A stretch of 63,771 nt of DNA, counting the filler, from Choristocarpus tenellus KU-1152 (lineage: Eukaryota > Protista > Phaeophyceae): the NCBI GenBank assembly GCA_964200185.2. It is 10 parts of 10 records of this genome, joined end to end, with 100 filler letters (N's around TTAATTAATTAA, not from the genome) between each part and the next. Parts side by side here need not be neighbours in the genome. Positions count along the whole stretch, not along the records: positions 12,462 to 18,065 come from CAXNAD020010272.1; positions 18,166 to 26,384 come from CAXNAD020004983.1; 8 more parts are not named here. One strand, written 5' to 3'. Of this stretch, positions 12,597-26,384 are shown piece by piece; positions within the stretch are counted from its first letter, which is position 1; the number at the start of each line of letters is the position of its first letter. The notes beneath the pieces are model-generated. The model was not told the DNA's origin. It searched no databases and saw only the letters and a program-made list of their open reading frames with translations. The translations under genes and the position numbers were made by a program.

Positions 12597-15500
12597 GTAG
12601 CAGATGTGCAGGCGATTCAAGCCCGTCACCGTTTCAGTGGTATTCCCATCACAAGAGATGGAAAGATTGGATCGGAGCTTCTGGGTATAGTCACTCGTAG
12701 GGACATTGATTTCATTGCGGACACGAAAGTCAAGCTCTCGGAGGTGATGGATGGGTGATAAGAATGTGGAGGGATTGGACTGTGGGTTTGTTGGATTGTT
12801 ATTTTTTATGTTTTTTTGTGACACTGGTGTGGCATGATGTACCCGATTTTATGTGGGATTTGGGCCAAGTGTTTGATCTATTTTGTGATACTGGTGTGGG
12901 ATGATGTACCCAATTTTTCATGTGGGATTTGGGCCAAGTGTTATCTATTTTTTATTTTGTGCGTTGAAGGTGTGTGGGGATATTAACTTTTGTGCTTGCC
13001 AGGAGTATTTTATGGGGGTGTTTGTGGTGAGGTCAGTTGCGCTTGGTTTTGTTTTATTTTTTGGGGGGGGGGGGTTGTTGGTTCGTTTTGTTTTGGAATT
13101 GTTCTGTTTTTGAGTGTGTGAAAGTTTGTGTTGTTTATTTTTTAATGTATTTACTTTGGATTGTTTGACTTTGTGCTCTAGGAAGATCTTTTTAAGATGT
13201 GGAATATTCTTGGTTATTTCTCTGACCTAAGGACTTGCTTTCATGTCGATAATAAAACAAATATATGGGTCTGTTTGGTAGAGTAATACATACCTTGTTA
13301 TGCGGTAATACATAGTTGATGTTGAGTTTGTGTTGGGGATGTAAGGTGTGATAGTGTGTGTGTAGCAAAACATCAGTAGTGACATTATCACTATTTGAGT
13401 GAAGCCATAGAAGAGGTACACCTTCTAACGGTTGATTTCGATTCTTTTGAGTTTTTTTTCCAGCCTTGTGCAATTTACACCATGCTTGTAGCTGAAGTGA
13501 AGTTGACCCTAACCCTAACCCTGTGAGAGGTTGTACATGTTAAATAGAAGTTTATCTCTAGGTGTAAGCACATTTGTCTGCTCAAAGTGTCCTCCAAAGT
13601 GGTCAAGACATGCTTGTGTTAGATGGTGTTGCTCTTTGCGTTGTATGTGTACCGTTGGTTGTTGGTGGGTGGGTGTTGACAAAAGTTGAGGCGTGTTGGA
13701 TTTTATGGTACGAGTTGGATCTTTTGTTGTGCAGGTTAAAATGGGTTGTGTGACCCTGTCTGTGTTTTTTTAACATCGTGGTGTAGTAGGTCTTGTAGTG
13801 TGTGGGCAGGCAATGATGACCTGTAGCCTTGTTTGTATAGTACTACTAGTAGTAGAGTAATGTTGTACTAGGTATTGTAGTGTGTGGGCAGGCGATAATG
13901 ACCCGTAGCCTTGTTTGTATAGTACTACAGTAAAACGATATCCTAGTCATGTTGTTGTTCCAATACTATTAACGCAATGTTCTTATTGGTTACATACAAG
14001 CAGGTGATGACTACCGAAGTGGTCACTGCAAAAGAGCCAGTGCGCCTCGAGGAGGCGAACAACATCCTCAGGGAGAGCAAGAAGGGAAAACTGCCTGTTG
14101 TCAATGGAAAGGGAGAGGTCTGTCCATACCCCCCCCCGCACACACACCCCACACACACCCCTACCCTACTCCCTAGGAAAATATGTACCACATGTTTCTG
14201 ATGGGTCCCTGATTTGTCCAGAATACCTCTCACTTGTCTATGTGAGGCTCAGGTCGAATGGTGGTTTGATATCTATCACTGACATAATAAGATTCACCTA
14301 TAAATATTCAAGTTTCTTGTGCTTTTTTGTGACTGTACTGTAGAACAAGATCATTGAGACTGTTATCACATTAGTTGCATGCCTTGCTTACATGTCCACA
14401 GATAAAAATGTTTGTGGTATGTATTTTAGGTGAGTTTGCTCCCTGGCGTGGAGATAGTTGGGTTAGTGGGGATTTCCACTGGAGGCTTGGAGGGGATTTT
14501 TGTGTGATACGACTACTGAGATGTCTTGCTCTTGCCGGTATAAGTTTTGTGTTGCGCTGTTCTCTCTTACTGTTGATCAAGTATAAAATTAAAAAATGTA
14601 ACTGTTGATGTACATTTGTGCTTGCATTTTTTTTCTTTGCTCATTGTGTTTTCGACAGCTGGTAGCTCTCATCTCTCGAACAGACCTGATTAAGAACAGG
14701 GACTTCCCCCTGGCCACCAAGGACGCTAACAAGCAGCTCAGGTGTGGGGCAGCCATAGGCACCAGGCCTGAAGACAAGGACCGGCTTAAGGCAATAGCTG
14801 AGGTATGTGCAGCACATTGATTACTTTTTGTAGTACATACTACATGTATATACATAGAGAGAGAGAGAAAGCTCTGGTTTGAAATATGGCTTATTTTTGT
14901 GTTTTTATTTTTAATATTATTTTCAAGAGATGAACTGTAGAAGTAGTAAAGGGTAAGACCAAATTTGGGAGGCGTTTCAAAGCGTGAGCAGTAAGAGAGT
15001 AACAAGCAGCAAGGAGTTGTTTCTGTAGTGGTAATAGTGAGGTCAATGTTGAGAGTGTGAGGATGTGTTGGCAGTGACATGTACACCTGTACAACGTAAG
15101 CTAAGTGTCACCTTTATCCAATCATCTTAAGGCTGAATATCTCTTACTCCCCATCCCCATTGATGTTGGTGTTATTGGTATATGTTACAACTATGTCAGT
15201 GCGTGGGCTGTTGAGAAGGAGGTGTATTGTTCAAACAGTGTTGCTCTTCCCCCTCTCCCCCTTCCCTTTTTGTGACTGTTCTATCGAATGGGTTTTGACG
15301 CGGTGTGTGAAGGCGGGGGCAGATTTGATTGTGATTGATTCTTCTCAAGGAGACTCGATGTATCAACATGAGATGATCAGACACATCAAGACCAACTATC
15401 CAGGTGAGTGGAGCATGAGATCAAACATTATTGTATTGTATCAATGACAATACCCTGCTTTTTTGTTTTGAGAAGAGGTAACAGTCAGTCTTGCCTGTGT

Positions 15501-16871
15501 AAATGGAATCTCTCCCCTACCATCCCCCTCTCTATTATTATTATAATAATAAAAAATATTACAGTGGGTCAGGCACAAAATAATAGCGGGTTTGTGCAAG
15601 GGCTGGTTAGAGTGGGTTTTCGTATTTCTGGGGAGGCGATCAAGGAAGGAGTGTGTAATTGGGGAGGGGTGTGGTATTCATGCCATGGCTACAGTAGGAG
15701 TCAGTGATGTCAAGACCATGTTGCATCCCATGTGTAGCAGTGTGATTCACTGTGTTTGAAACTGTCAACATCTTGTGCATGGATACACTCTTTTTCTTTT
15801 TCTTTTTTTCCATTTGGACAGATGAGCCTCTTCATGAACTATGAACTATCAGTAGTAACATTACTGGATTTGGCATTATGAATTAGAAATACCCAAGTTT
15901 GTCCACCAATCACCACCTGACGATTATTATCAGTATTATATTTATTATTATTGTTGTTGTTTGTATTAGTCTGAGGGGGTCCCAGACATTTGATCAAAAG
16001 TTGGATATAGGGGGAGCAATGATACAGTGCTCGAAAAAATGATAAACGCAATACAGATCAGAGAAGAAGTGTAGAAAAGTTGATGTAGGTATCCGGGGTG
16101 GTCAAGACTCAGTAGCACCCGATAGCTGGAGCAGAATGTGATCATTCCTACCAGCGTTGGTAAGGATACTGTTGTGAAAAGATCTTTCGAGGTTGGATAC
16201 GGTCTATCTGAGTATCAGTCATCTCTTTTTCAAAAAGAGTGGGCTGAAGTATCTGACCCGAGGAAGAAGTTCATATTGAGAAGAGGCAATGTACATCGAG
16301 TGGTGGTGAGAGTGTGCATGCACCCTGATTGATTTAGTTGAGTTGGATAGGAATTGGAAGGGTTGGATTTTAAGGAGTTTATTTTTGGAGTATTCTAGTT
16401 TATAGTTTAGAAAAAAAATAGTTCTTGATGGAACTGTCTGTACATGCATCTATTCTAGAAATAGGGACTTTTCTGATCATCCCCAAAAAATTGTTGCCTT
16501 TTTTCATCCCTTGGTGATGTAGATGCTTCTGAATGCGTACTGTATATATTTTGTAGTATTATTTTCTTTCAAGTGTGTTTTATGTTTTTTGTTCATTTTT
16601 TTATTTATAAAAAAGATTAAAGCATTTGTGTTGCTGATAATTTAGTAAAGACTTTAGTAGGTATTCTGTATTCGCTGTATTCACGTACAAGTATTATTGT
16701 AACATACAACTCCCCCTCACCCCCCCCCTCCCTCTATGCTTTTAATTGACAGGGGTTGAAGTAGTGGGCGGAAATGTTGTCACGGCAAGGCAGGCGTTGA
16801 ATCTCATCCAGTCTGGGGTGGATGGGCTGAGGGTGGGTATGGGGGTAGGCTCTATCTGTACCACACAGGAG
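12597..16871 (+). CDS. IMPDH: Inosine-5'-monophosphate dehydrogenase, partial (5 internal exons)
   Basis: Exons 12597-12743, 14004-14117, 14659-14802, 15313-15403 and 16753-16871 splice in frame. They encode the CBS pair (FSGIPIT...[32 protein letters not shown]), [21 protein letters not shown] and the catalytic loop [15 protein letters not shown]. Both ends are cut by spacers. Confidence 0.97.
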
Positions 16872-17505
16872 GTAAGTGGGGGGTACAAGAGTGCAATGCA
16901 AGGTGACAGATTTGATGGTGGGGCAGGGTGTGGGGTTAGGGGATCTTGAGTCGGGGGTTTTTTCGTTTTATTGTTTGCATGGCTCTTTTTGAGCTGTGTT
17001 CTGCTAGTGGTATATGCAAGAAATGTGTTGGGTGTGTCAGGTCCAGAGCTGTCTGTTGTCAGATCCACGCCTTTTTTGTAAGGTGAAGAGGAGGATTGTG
17101 TAATATGGTTTCTGTTTGATCTCTGTGTTTTTGTATATTGTTTTTTTATTAATAGAAAGGGTTAGGGTTACGGTTAGGGTTAATGTACGTGGAACTAGCT
17201 GTACCGTTGTATCAATTGCAATTTTTTGGTCTGAGATAAAGATATTAGATTTTTTTTTAAGAAGTGATGGTGAAAGAGAGTGAGGAGATTTTTGGACAAG
17301 TTGGCAGCCTTCTGGCTGAGAGAAACCTATTTTAACATTTACACGAGGTGTTCTCATTGCTATGTGGAGGTACTTGGGTAGTGTTGATTGGTAGTTGGTG
17401 CTACATGTGTGTAGTGTTTTATTTTTTGTCACTACTACTGTAATATTGTTAGGGTTAGGGTTAGTTTGGGGATTATGTCGACCTGTGGTCAGAGGCACTA
17501 CTACA

Positions 17506-17691
17506 GACCCAAAATATCTGCGGGGGGGGGAGGGGTCTACACCAGGGTGTCCATTTGGCCCAAAAGCAGGTAAAGTGTATTTACATTATCCACTCAATGT
17601 ATTCAATCAAATCACCCAAAAATCGCGACATGAAAAAAATGTCCCCAAATGGACAGCCGCCACACCCCACACACCCCAGATACTTTGAGTA
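17506..17691 (-). mobile_element. MITE family A copy (reverse orientation, in IMPDH intron)
   Basis: GACCCAAAATATCT...AGATACTTTGAGT; the internal sequence matches the reverse complement of 6610-6794. Confidence 0.88.
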
Positions 17692-18684
17692 ATCAAGTTG
17701 TGCATGCTTGGTGGTGGCTGTGCCTTAAACCTTGTCAGGCCTGACAAGGTGGACTTGTTCAATGCGATATGGTCAATGATTTCAACGATGTTTACTGTTG
17801 TGTAATTAGAGTTTTGGAGGTGTAGGGTGTTGACAAGTGTGGGTTGAGGCTGGTTGATCCCCCAATGATGGCAAGTGACTAACTCAGGTGTGCTAGAAAC
17901 AGAAGACACTTGAGGAAGATACTCTTCCACACGAAGGTCTTGGTGGTTAGGGTTAGGGTTTAAAGAGGCCAATGCACTGGTTCAGCCCAAAGGATATCTG
18001 TGAGGAGGTGGATGACGGGGCTGGGGCAGGGGGGGAGATCTCCTAACCTGCAAGGCAGGAATATGNNNNNNNNNNNNNNNNNNNNNNNNNNNNNNNNNNN
18101 NNNNNNNNNTTAATTAATTAANNNNNNNNNNNNNNNNNNNNNNNNNNNNNNNNNNNNNNNNNNNNGTAGTCTGGATTTAACTACTCCTTTCCTACCATAT
18201 CCTCCCGCTCCTCTCCCTCCTACCATGTGGGTAAACAGTAATCGTTACTTCTCATTAACTATATAGTATTATGCTCTGACATTTTGTAGAGTGTCAGGGG
18301 GAAAACTAATGAAAACTATACACATTGCCAGTATAAACCCTAAAGAAATAAAATGCCATAAATGTGAAAAAACCCTAATCCATTTCTGCTACTTCACCAC
18401 TATGTTGTACTGCTGTCCTCCTGCCTCTCCAATATCCACCTATACCTGTGTCTCATTAACTTCGTCTTCTGAAGACTATAGTATATTTAGTAGTAATAAG
18501 AGAAAAAAACGTCGAGAGAAGATGTAGGTTAAGTTATTGTGTATCTTCCCTTTCTTTTATTGGAGGCGTTTGCAAGATTGAGAGTACATACAGACATCTT
18601 TCGTCATTCTCGCTACAACTGATGGATTGAAACCCAAACTGTCAAACAGAAGGTCCACAACTAGCCAGAAAAGTCGCCAGAGTC

Positions 18685-21600
18685 ATGTTCTACCAAAGGG
18701 TCCTCTTCTTGCTGGCGACCTTGCCGCCATCCTGTCTTGCTTTTTGGTCTCCTTCGACCCCAACTTCTACAAGGGTTTGGTCCCCACGGAACCTGGTGGG
18801 AGTGAGCATGTCTGCCCAGTCCAAGAAAGCTGTGTTCGGTGGCGGTTGCTTCTGGTGACCTGTTCATATTCTTCATTTCATATTCTGTGCTTCAACTTCC
18901 ACTGCTTGCTGCTTAGGGTGGATCATACGTCGCTTCTGGAACGTTGAGAAAACATCCTTCTTGTCTGAACATCTCAGGTGCATCGAGGCAGTGTTCAAGA
19001 AGCTGGACGGCGTCAGCAAGGTCACTTCGGGTTATGCTGGGGGACAGCTGGAGAACCCTACATATCGGGTGAGGGTATGCTAAGTAGCAGGGTAGAATCC
19101 CGTTTGATGTAGGTGAGGAAGTGCATCTTCAGCAAACCAAATGTACCTTCTGCTCAAAATCTCAGGTGGACGATGTTGAGCATAATACCTCAAACGCTTA
19201 CATCCTTATCCTGACGGGACATGTAAAGGAGGCCAAGATCTGCCGTACTCTGTATCATACCCTGGGCTACTTAAGTGCATCGTCGTTTTTTCTTGGAAAT
19301 CTCCCACCTGAGCCAGTGCCCCCCATGCATTCTGGTTAAGCTACCTTACATTGTGTACCCCTCCCATTTGGATAGATCTAGTTGGTATTTGCGCATGCAC
19401 TTTTTATTTACCTCTGTGGAACTCTTACTCACTCGCGTTCTATTCAAGACATACCTCCTCGTAGACGGTTGCCTAAGCCCGCCTGGCCATGCCTCCAATA
19501 TGGTGAGAAGGGGCGAATGGTTTAACCCATCAATCTACATACTATTCAAAGTTTGATCCATTGTTGTGACTTCTTGAAGTATGACCTGGCTAGATTGTTG
19601 ACATGAGGATGTTATTCCTGTGATACACACATCTCTGGAAAGTTTGCAATGTGACAGCAGAAGGCGTTCTTCTCCTTGTTCTCATTGCCCAGCAGAGTGG
19701 TGATGATATTGGGTATGTTGCGCCATATCAGCGCCCGTTGTCTAAGTTGTATTTTTGCTGAGAAGCATAATCTCTGGCCAAAGCTTTAATGTGCCTTCTC
19801 TCTTCCTGACTGTTCCTACCTTGGGAAGACAGGATGTGTGCTCAGGGAGATCAGGTCATGCAGAAGTTGTACAGGTGGAGTATGACCCCTCAGAGGTAAC
19901 CTACCAAGAACTGCTCACTGTCTTCTGGAACAGCCACGATCCAACTCAGGTATATCATCTTGCACATTAGGTTATGCAACAGTGCAACTCTTTCAGTAGT
20001 GGCCACTATACATGCACTCTATCACTGTAATAGCTCTAAAATCATGCGGGATGTGTCAACAGTATAGGGTTAGGGTTCACATTTCTGCGTTGTAAGGAAA
20101 AACAGAATCCCCCATGACTGTCCTACCGTGTTCCATCGTTTGACTTTTTTTTTCTGGAAACTCTTTGAAAAACCTTGAGGAGGAGGAGGGGAGGAGGGGG
20201 TTCACCTCTTCACGCTTAAAGAGCTGCAACATTGTGCCTGGGTACACAATTTATACCCTTACCTCTTTTTTAGGTGCAAGACAAGAAGTTCACTTTATGT
20301 TTCATACCCCTGACATGGTTGATCTCTATGAACCTCAATTACCACCCTCACTCTCTCTGCACTACTATTAGGGCAACCGGCAGGGCCTTGATATGGGAAC
20401 AGAGTACCGCAGTGTGATCCTCTGTGAGGACAAAGAACAGCTGGCGGAAGCATTAGCCTCCAAGGAGGAGAGGCAGGTATTAGCGGTTCTGGGTTGAATC
20501 GCATGCTCTTCATTTACCCATGTGTTGTGCTCTGCAGAAGATGAGTTGCTATCCAGACTGATTCTCTTGAAAGTTAAGTTGTAAAAAGTTTGGTTCAAGT
20601 GCCATGCCTTCTTTCCATCTACCATGACCCGCCCTTGATGTTAACACCCTCCCAGAAAAGTGGTTGTCGTTCATAGTATGTTTTAAGTAATACTTTCAAG
20701 TCATGCCAAGCTATATTGATTTGTTGGGTGTCATTTTCTGACAACAGTTAGACCACTTGAATAGGTCAATAACACATTCAGCAAAATAGGATGTGTTCAC
20801 TGTGCTTTATCTTGTATTGGCATTTCTCTTCTTGTTGTTACTGTTGTTAAATGTTGGTGACATTTTCCAAACAATTTGCACCCCACAGGCAAAGGCAAAC
20901 CAAGAGATCCTTGGGAGAGTGGTTGGGGCAGTGATGGGAAAGAAAGCTGGGGAGAATACAGTGGAAGTTACTACAACTGTTGAGTTACTCACGACCTTCT
21001 GGGAGGCTGAAAAGGTCAGTGAATTTGATGCTGTCAGCTTGATGATTGGGTCAGGGGAACTTTAGTTTTTTAGCAGGTGGAGTCCTATGAACCCCTGTAT
21101 GGCTTCAACATTACACATATGTGTTGGTTGTGTATATGTGTCTGAACTTTGTCCAGGTGCTGGAGTTTAACATTTTCTGTCAAGTATTGTAAGATGTGCT
21201 AGTGTACCACTGGTTAGCTTAGTGTGGGTCTTCAACGTGCAAATTGACTTATTGTTTGCAATGATCGAGTCACCATCATTGGTGTAAGAAATCCTAACTG
21301 GTAATAGAGTTGGTCAACTCACCTTTTTTTCTGAGATAGAATCTGTAGTGGCACTAGCTTGTACAAATTGCCATATACATCTTAAGAAGAGGCAGACGAT
21401 GCAGATTGTGACAGATATTGAGTACCTGTGGGCAGCTTGTCAAGATTATCTTGGTATCAACTTGTAGTCAGGGACTGTCCATAAAGGGTGCCTTGGATGC
21501 AACCTTTGGTTTTGTTGAGAGTGAATGGGGAGTATTCTTCGTCTGTTTCAGCCGTGGAGAAGAGGAGCAAGGAGCAGGGTCAAGGCTGCCTGGCATGTGT

Positions 21601-22564
21601 TTTCTTTCTTGATGGGCATCTGAGCTGTTGACTTTCCTTCTTTCAGGATACCCTAGTCTTGAGGTGTTTGCTGTGTCCTGAGTTGATTCTAAGGCTGAGG
21701 TAGCAGGAGACGTCATGCTGGTCCTGACTGTGTTTAAGACAGGAAGAGAACAGCAGCTCAGGAGGTAGGTTGGGCAAACCAGCAGTGACAATTCAGGCGT
21801 GTTTTTCAGAGCCCTGTGGGTATAGACATTTCTAACTGTTCTTTTTATTGCATTGCGTTGCAGCAAATTAAGGCACCAAGCTGTCCCGCCAGTCCGTTGC
21901 CATTACTTGATAGTACTGGAAAGTACGAATTGCAAAGACCAGGCAGCAATACTTAACAGCACAAATAGGATAAGTTAAAGTTTTTTTAGTGTTACATGTA
22001 TGCATGCATGCAGTCGTCCCTTGTGGTAAACAAAAATGCGGCAACGAACACTCACAAGCCTCAGTGTTGAGTTGGAATCGTTTGTTGCTGAGCTCATGCC
22101 AAACCCCAGGGCTTCACACACAGAGCTGTTGACGATATACCTAGATAGTATTGCTTGTATCCCTGCCTCGTGCTCTCTGCAAAAGAGCTGACTGATAGGA
22201 GTACCTCAAATGTGGAGCTTGGAGCCCTGCTAGTACCAATACAGCTGCCCACCGCTATCTCTTGCTCATTATCCCTCAGTTATATAACTAGGAAGTAAAC
22301 TCTACTTTAGTTTGGAGAATATACCTTCTGATACAAGGCTGTCCCAACCCATATGATTCTACATTCCCTCTGTCATCTCACACTGACCCCATGCCTGGAT
22401 TTTGTGTGCCCAACCCTTATATCTAGGTTCACCAAAACTACTATGAGAAGAATCCATTTTCCCCCTATTGTGTTGTCAATATTGAGACCAAGTTGGCGAA
22501 GCTACGTCCAGAAATCAGCAAGATCAACCGCAGGACCAAGGAACGGGAGCAAGAAAATGTGTGA
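18685..22564 (+). CDS. msrA: Peptide methionine sulfoxide reductase A, predicted plastid-targeted, complete (6 exons)
   Basis: Exons 18685-18854, 18978-19068, 19833-19949, 20372-20476, 20889-21014, 22427-22564. Motifs [80 protein letters not shown]-terminus [21 protein letters not shown] followed by an S/T/R-rich transit peptide. Confidence 0.95.
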
Positions 22565-23587
22565 TTTTTGTGCATAAAAGTTCCAACTTCTTGAACCTTT
22601 TGTAAGGTGTAAAGGAGAACAATTTCATTGGTGCATGTTGTTTGCTGCACACTTCTTAAAACGTTTATCATGGTGGACATCTACCATGTCAACTTTAGAT
22701 TACTTGTAATTACTCAAAATATGAGAGGTGGATGAAAGAGTCCCACTGGTTTGGTTGCTGTAGGTTCTCTATATATCAATGAAGTGTATTTGAGGATATG
22801 TGATCTTCGCTGTTGGCTCCAGTTACCTTCATTTGGACAGACACATGCTCCATCCACACCCGCACCACACCACGGGCCATACATGCCTTCTATAGGCTGT
22901 GATGTTGATGTTTATCAAGCTTACAGCTTTGAGGAGTTCAGCTGCAAGAGTAGTGGTGAAATCCCTTGTGTGCCCACTAGTGCAGGCATTAACCTATTGG
23001 AGTTTCCATGGAAACCTCCTCATTGGAGTATGCTAGAGAGCCTTGTTGAAAGGGGTTAATGTTTTCCTTGCCGAGTAACTGAGACCTTGGTTTTTCTCCA
23101 GTTGTCCCGTCTCTGTTTGGTCTAGACTGTATTAGGATAAGTCAAGATCGTCCTTGTCCAAATAGAGCAACAAAGTAATTAGAAGTTTAATGCACTGCTT
23201 TGTTCAACCAAATGGTTAGAGAGACCTGAGTACAACAAAATATATACGAGAGCGCTACACCACTACCTTCATGGCCATCGCATATCATCACCACCATACA
23301 ACTGTATGATAATTGGATTGAGGGTGATGGAATGGAACACTGAGTTATCGTATCTTAGAGTAGTGTGTATTTAGGCCCTTTTTGGTGTTTTGGACTTTTC
23401 CAATCTACTGCTTGACATCCCATTTCCTCTTAGGGGGCAGTGGTTGTAGAGGAGGTGAACATTCATCCACATAATGAGTGCAAGATTGCCCTTCAGAGTA
23501 CTAGAAGCTCATGTACAAGGAGTCAGTGACAGGGGCCCAAGATACTTAACACTTTGTGTGATAGGATAGCTTACTGAGACACTGTCA

Positions 23588-23846
23588 GAGTCTGTAAGTA
23601 TTTTAGAGGGTAGAGCTGCGTCCGTTTGGGGGCCAAGATCTAATGGTGCGATTTTGATGTAATTTTGACTACCGTGTTCATTAGGAAGTGTCAATATTCT
23701 TGTTCTCCACACACCTTTTCATAACTTACACATTATCCAACCCCAAAATATTTCGGAGTAGAAATATATAATAAATAACACCGTTGGAAACCAAGCCCCG
23801 AACAGACAAACAGGGCAAAACTCGTACCCTCTAGGACACTCCACTC
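23588..23846 (+). mobile_element. MITE family B copy (degenerate)
   Basis: GAGTC..AAGTATTTTAGAGGGTAGAG ... CTCGTACCCTCTAGGACACTCCACTC; homologous to the copies at 29440, 40284 and 58466. Confidence 0.82.
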
Positions 23847-24326
23847 CAAATATATTGACCAGTAGTACGAGGGGGTTTCATTGCAAGCTATGGCTGGTGA
23901 GGATAGCAGCACAGACACATTGCTGTTGCTACCGTAGAAAATGCTGATGTGATGAGGAGATATAACTTGTTGCTTTCCTCAAAGGCAACATCACGCTTCA
24001 ATTTAGAGAGGACCAGATGGAGTGCCTCATAACATATCGGTGACAAATCTGTGCGGCTACAATGAGAGGGAGGGCTCCTTACGGAAAGGTGAGGGCAACA
24101 CATTGAAATCCTCCTGAAAGATAAATCGGTCAACCTCAATCCCTATAGAATTGAACCTCTTGACCAACACTGGTAGATTTGAGTGGAGTAATATGGGACC
24201 AAATGATCTCCAAGTTGCTGAATCCTAAGAGTTGACCTAAGTGAGGACAAGAGTATCCTTGAGAATTTCCACAACATTGTGTTGGCACACGATAGCAAAG
24301 TACTTCTCAAGGTTGTTGGAGGGTGA

Positions 24327-24785
24327 GAGTCAAAGTATACGAGAAGTACCCAGAGTTGCATTTGGCTCAAAGTATCTGGGGGGGGGGGTGGCGGGTGTCC
24401 ATTTGGGGCCCAATTTTTCCTTTTCGCAATTTTTGGGTGATTTGGTTGCATACGTCGAATGGATAATAGAATTGCACATTTCCTGGTTTTGGTCCAAATA
24501 GACACCCTGGTGTAGACCCCTTCCCCCCCCCCCCCCCGATACTTTGGGTCATTTAAAGATCGCTAACAAAGAAAGATGTGCAAAATTTGACTTACATTAC
24601 AAATTCGTGTAGGATATTTACTGAATTGTGTCGGGAAAGTTTCAAACAAATAGAGAACTAATTGTTTCTCAAGTCAAACTTAGAACTTCATTCATAGAAA
24701 GGTGCATCGCAAAAAATTAAAAAGCAGACTTAAATGCAAAACGACCAAAACCGGGGTACCTCTCGTTTACTTTTTACTTTGGGTC
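24327..24785 (+). mobile_element. MITE family C copy interrupted by a family A copy
   Basis: GAGTCAAAGTATACGAGAAGTACCCAG ... GGGTACCTCTCGTTTAC..TTTGGGTC; homologous to the copies at 42624, 51634 and 63447. Confidence 0.8.
24364..24550 (+). mobile_element. MITE family A copy with ATTT target duplication
   Basis: ATTT|GGCTCAAAGTATCT...GATACTTTGGGTC|ATTT. Confidence 0.92.
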
Positions 24786-24939
24786 TGGTAGCTTCCCTAG
24801 AACGGGAGAACATACTCCACAGATATCTGTGTTTTACAGTGTGGACACTCCGCAGTGGTCACAATGTACAGCTATGTGCCTCCACGACCTTCGCCATGAA
24901 AAGCACGTGTATGATGACTATGTCGACCACAACAATATC

Positions 24940-25500
24940 CTGGGGACTGTGTTTTACCAAATTTGGAGTGCCTGAGAAGGCATTCTCAGTCATCTGCCAA
25001 TTTCATGATGGAATGCAAGCATGGATCCGTAAGGATAATGGATATTGTACGGATTGGTTCAAGGTGAGACCAGACCTTCATCGTGTTGTGCTTCTTGCAC
25101 CCATCTTATTCAAGATCTTCTTTACTACAGTCCAAAGCATTTCAGTCAAGGAGTTCAATGCTGACTTGACCTTCTCCAATGACCTTGTTGTCATCAAGGT
25201 AGTAATGAAAATAACCAGGACAGAAGAGGAAGAGCGAAGGGGAGTGCGTTATTGCTTAAGGGGCACCTTTGGCTAATGATGTGGGCACCATGCCAAAGAC
25301 TCATAGAAGCTTGGCGAAGATAGTTTGAGATTGTAAACGTGGTGAGGTCATTCGGGGCAATAATAACATTTGAACTCCATCGAAGGTTTCACACTTGGGC
25401 CAGCGCTACAAGCAGATTAACAAGTCTGTTTTCCTTGGAGGCAATATCAGTGATGATGAGGCTGATATCACTACTGAAGATATAGTCAATGACAATTTCG
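24940..25500 (+). mobile_element. Decayed RTE-like LINE reverse transcriptase fragment
   Basis: KFGVPEKAFSVICQFHDGMQAWIRKDNG..DWFKV..DLHRVVLLAPILFKIFF matches the RTE-type RT pattern FGVP..I.QFHDGM...GLRQGCVLAPLLFNIFF; stops and frameshifts follow. Confidence 0.8.
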
Positions 25501-26165
25501 AAGGCCCAGGGCTGCTTTTGCAAGTACAATAAAGTCCTCTTTTTCAGTGCATCCCAGCAGCCTTACCTGGATGGGATATGTAGCTCCAACCCTGAAGCCT
25601 ATAGGTTCGTGGTTAGGCTAGGTGACAGTGACACAAGAATGAATGGGCACTGATAGCCAAATATTGTTAGATCACCTTGGCTTTGACAAAAGAAAATATT
25701 GTCATTCCTGTATGAATGTGCAACTGAGCTTGTCATACAATCATGGTGAGGAATCCAAATTCCCAACAAATGCTTAGGGTTAGGGTTCCAGCTTCATGAA
25801 TCGGTCTAACAAAATCGAAGATTGATCAATACCAAGCAAGAATAATTCAACCCTTCCATCTGCGATCTGATTCTTGTGTGGTGCAAGGACTTAATCTTGT
25901 TCACAGGGTTAACAAAAAAAGACTAACCTTTTGGAGAGTGTGAGAATGGACACCGTGTCCCATCTCTTACAGGATAACGCAGAGTGGGCTGGGATGGGCT
26001 ACTTCACTCAGTGGACTAATGAGCGAGCATAAATGGAGGGGAGGAGACAGCCTTGTCATGATGCTGGTGAAAATACAATCTCGATGGTAGAAGAGTACAA
26101 GGATTCGTACGATACTTTCATACGCCCCTCCTCTAATGCTCCTAAATTAGTTACCTTACTATTTA

Positions 26166-26384
26166 GAGTGAAAGTCTCTTAGAGGGTACGAGTTTTGCCA
26201 TGTTTGTCCGTTTGGGGCTTGGCTTCCCATAAGTTTTTTTTAATCACATTATACCTACTCCAAAACCATTCCAGAGTAGGTAAAATGTATACGTTATGAA
26301 AAGGTGTATCCGGAACAAGGATATTGATACTTCCTAACAAACACGATAGCCAAAATTACATCAAAATCGCAACATTGGATTTTG
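26166..26384 (-). mobile_element. MITE family B copy, truncated by contig end
   Basis: GAGTGAAAGTCTCTTAGAGGGTACGAG... homologous to 40284-40532. Confidence 0.85.

Noticed and set aside
18847-18858. TGC TTC TGG TGA in MsrA read as a possible selenocysteine (GCFWU)
   Set aside because: The TGA overlaps the GT donor at 18855; splicing to 18978 gives GCFWCIE, and the intron does not continue MsrA sequence.
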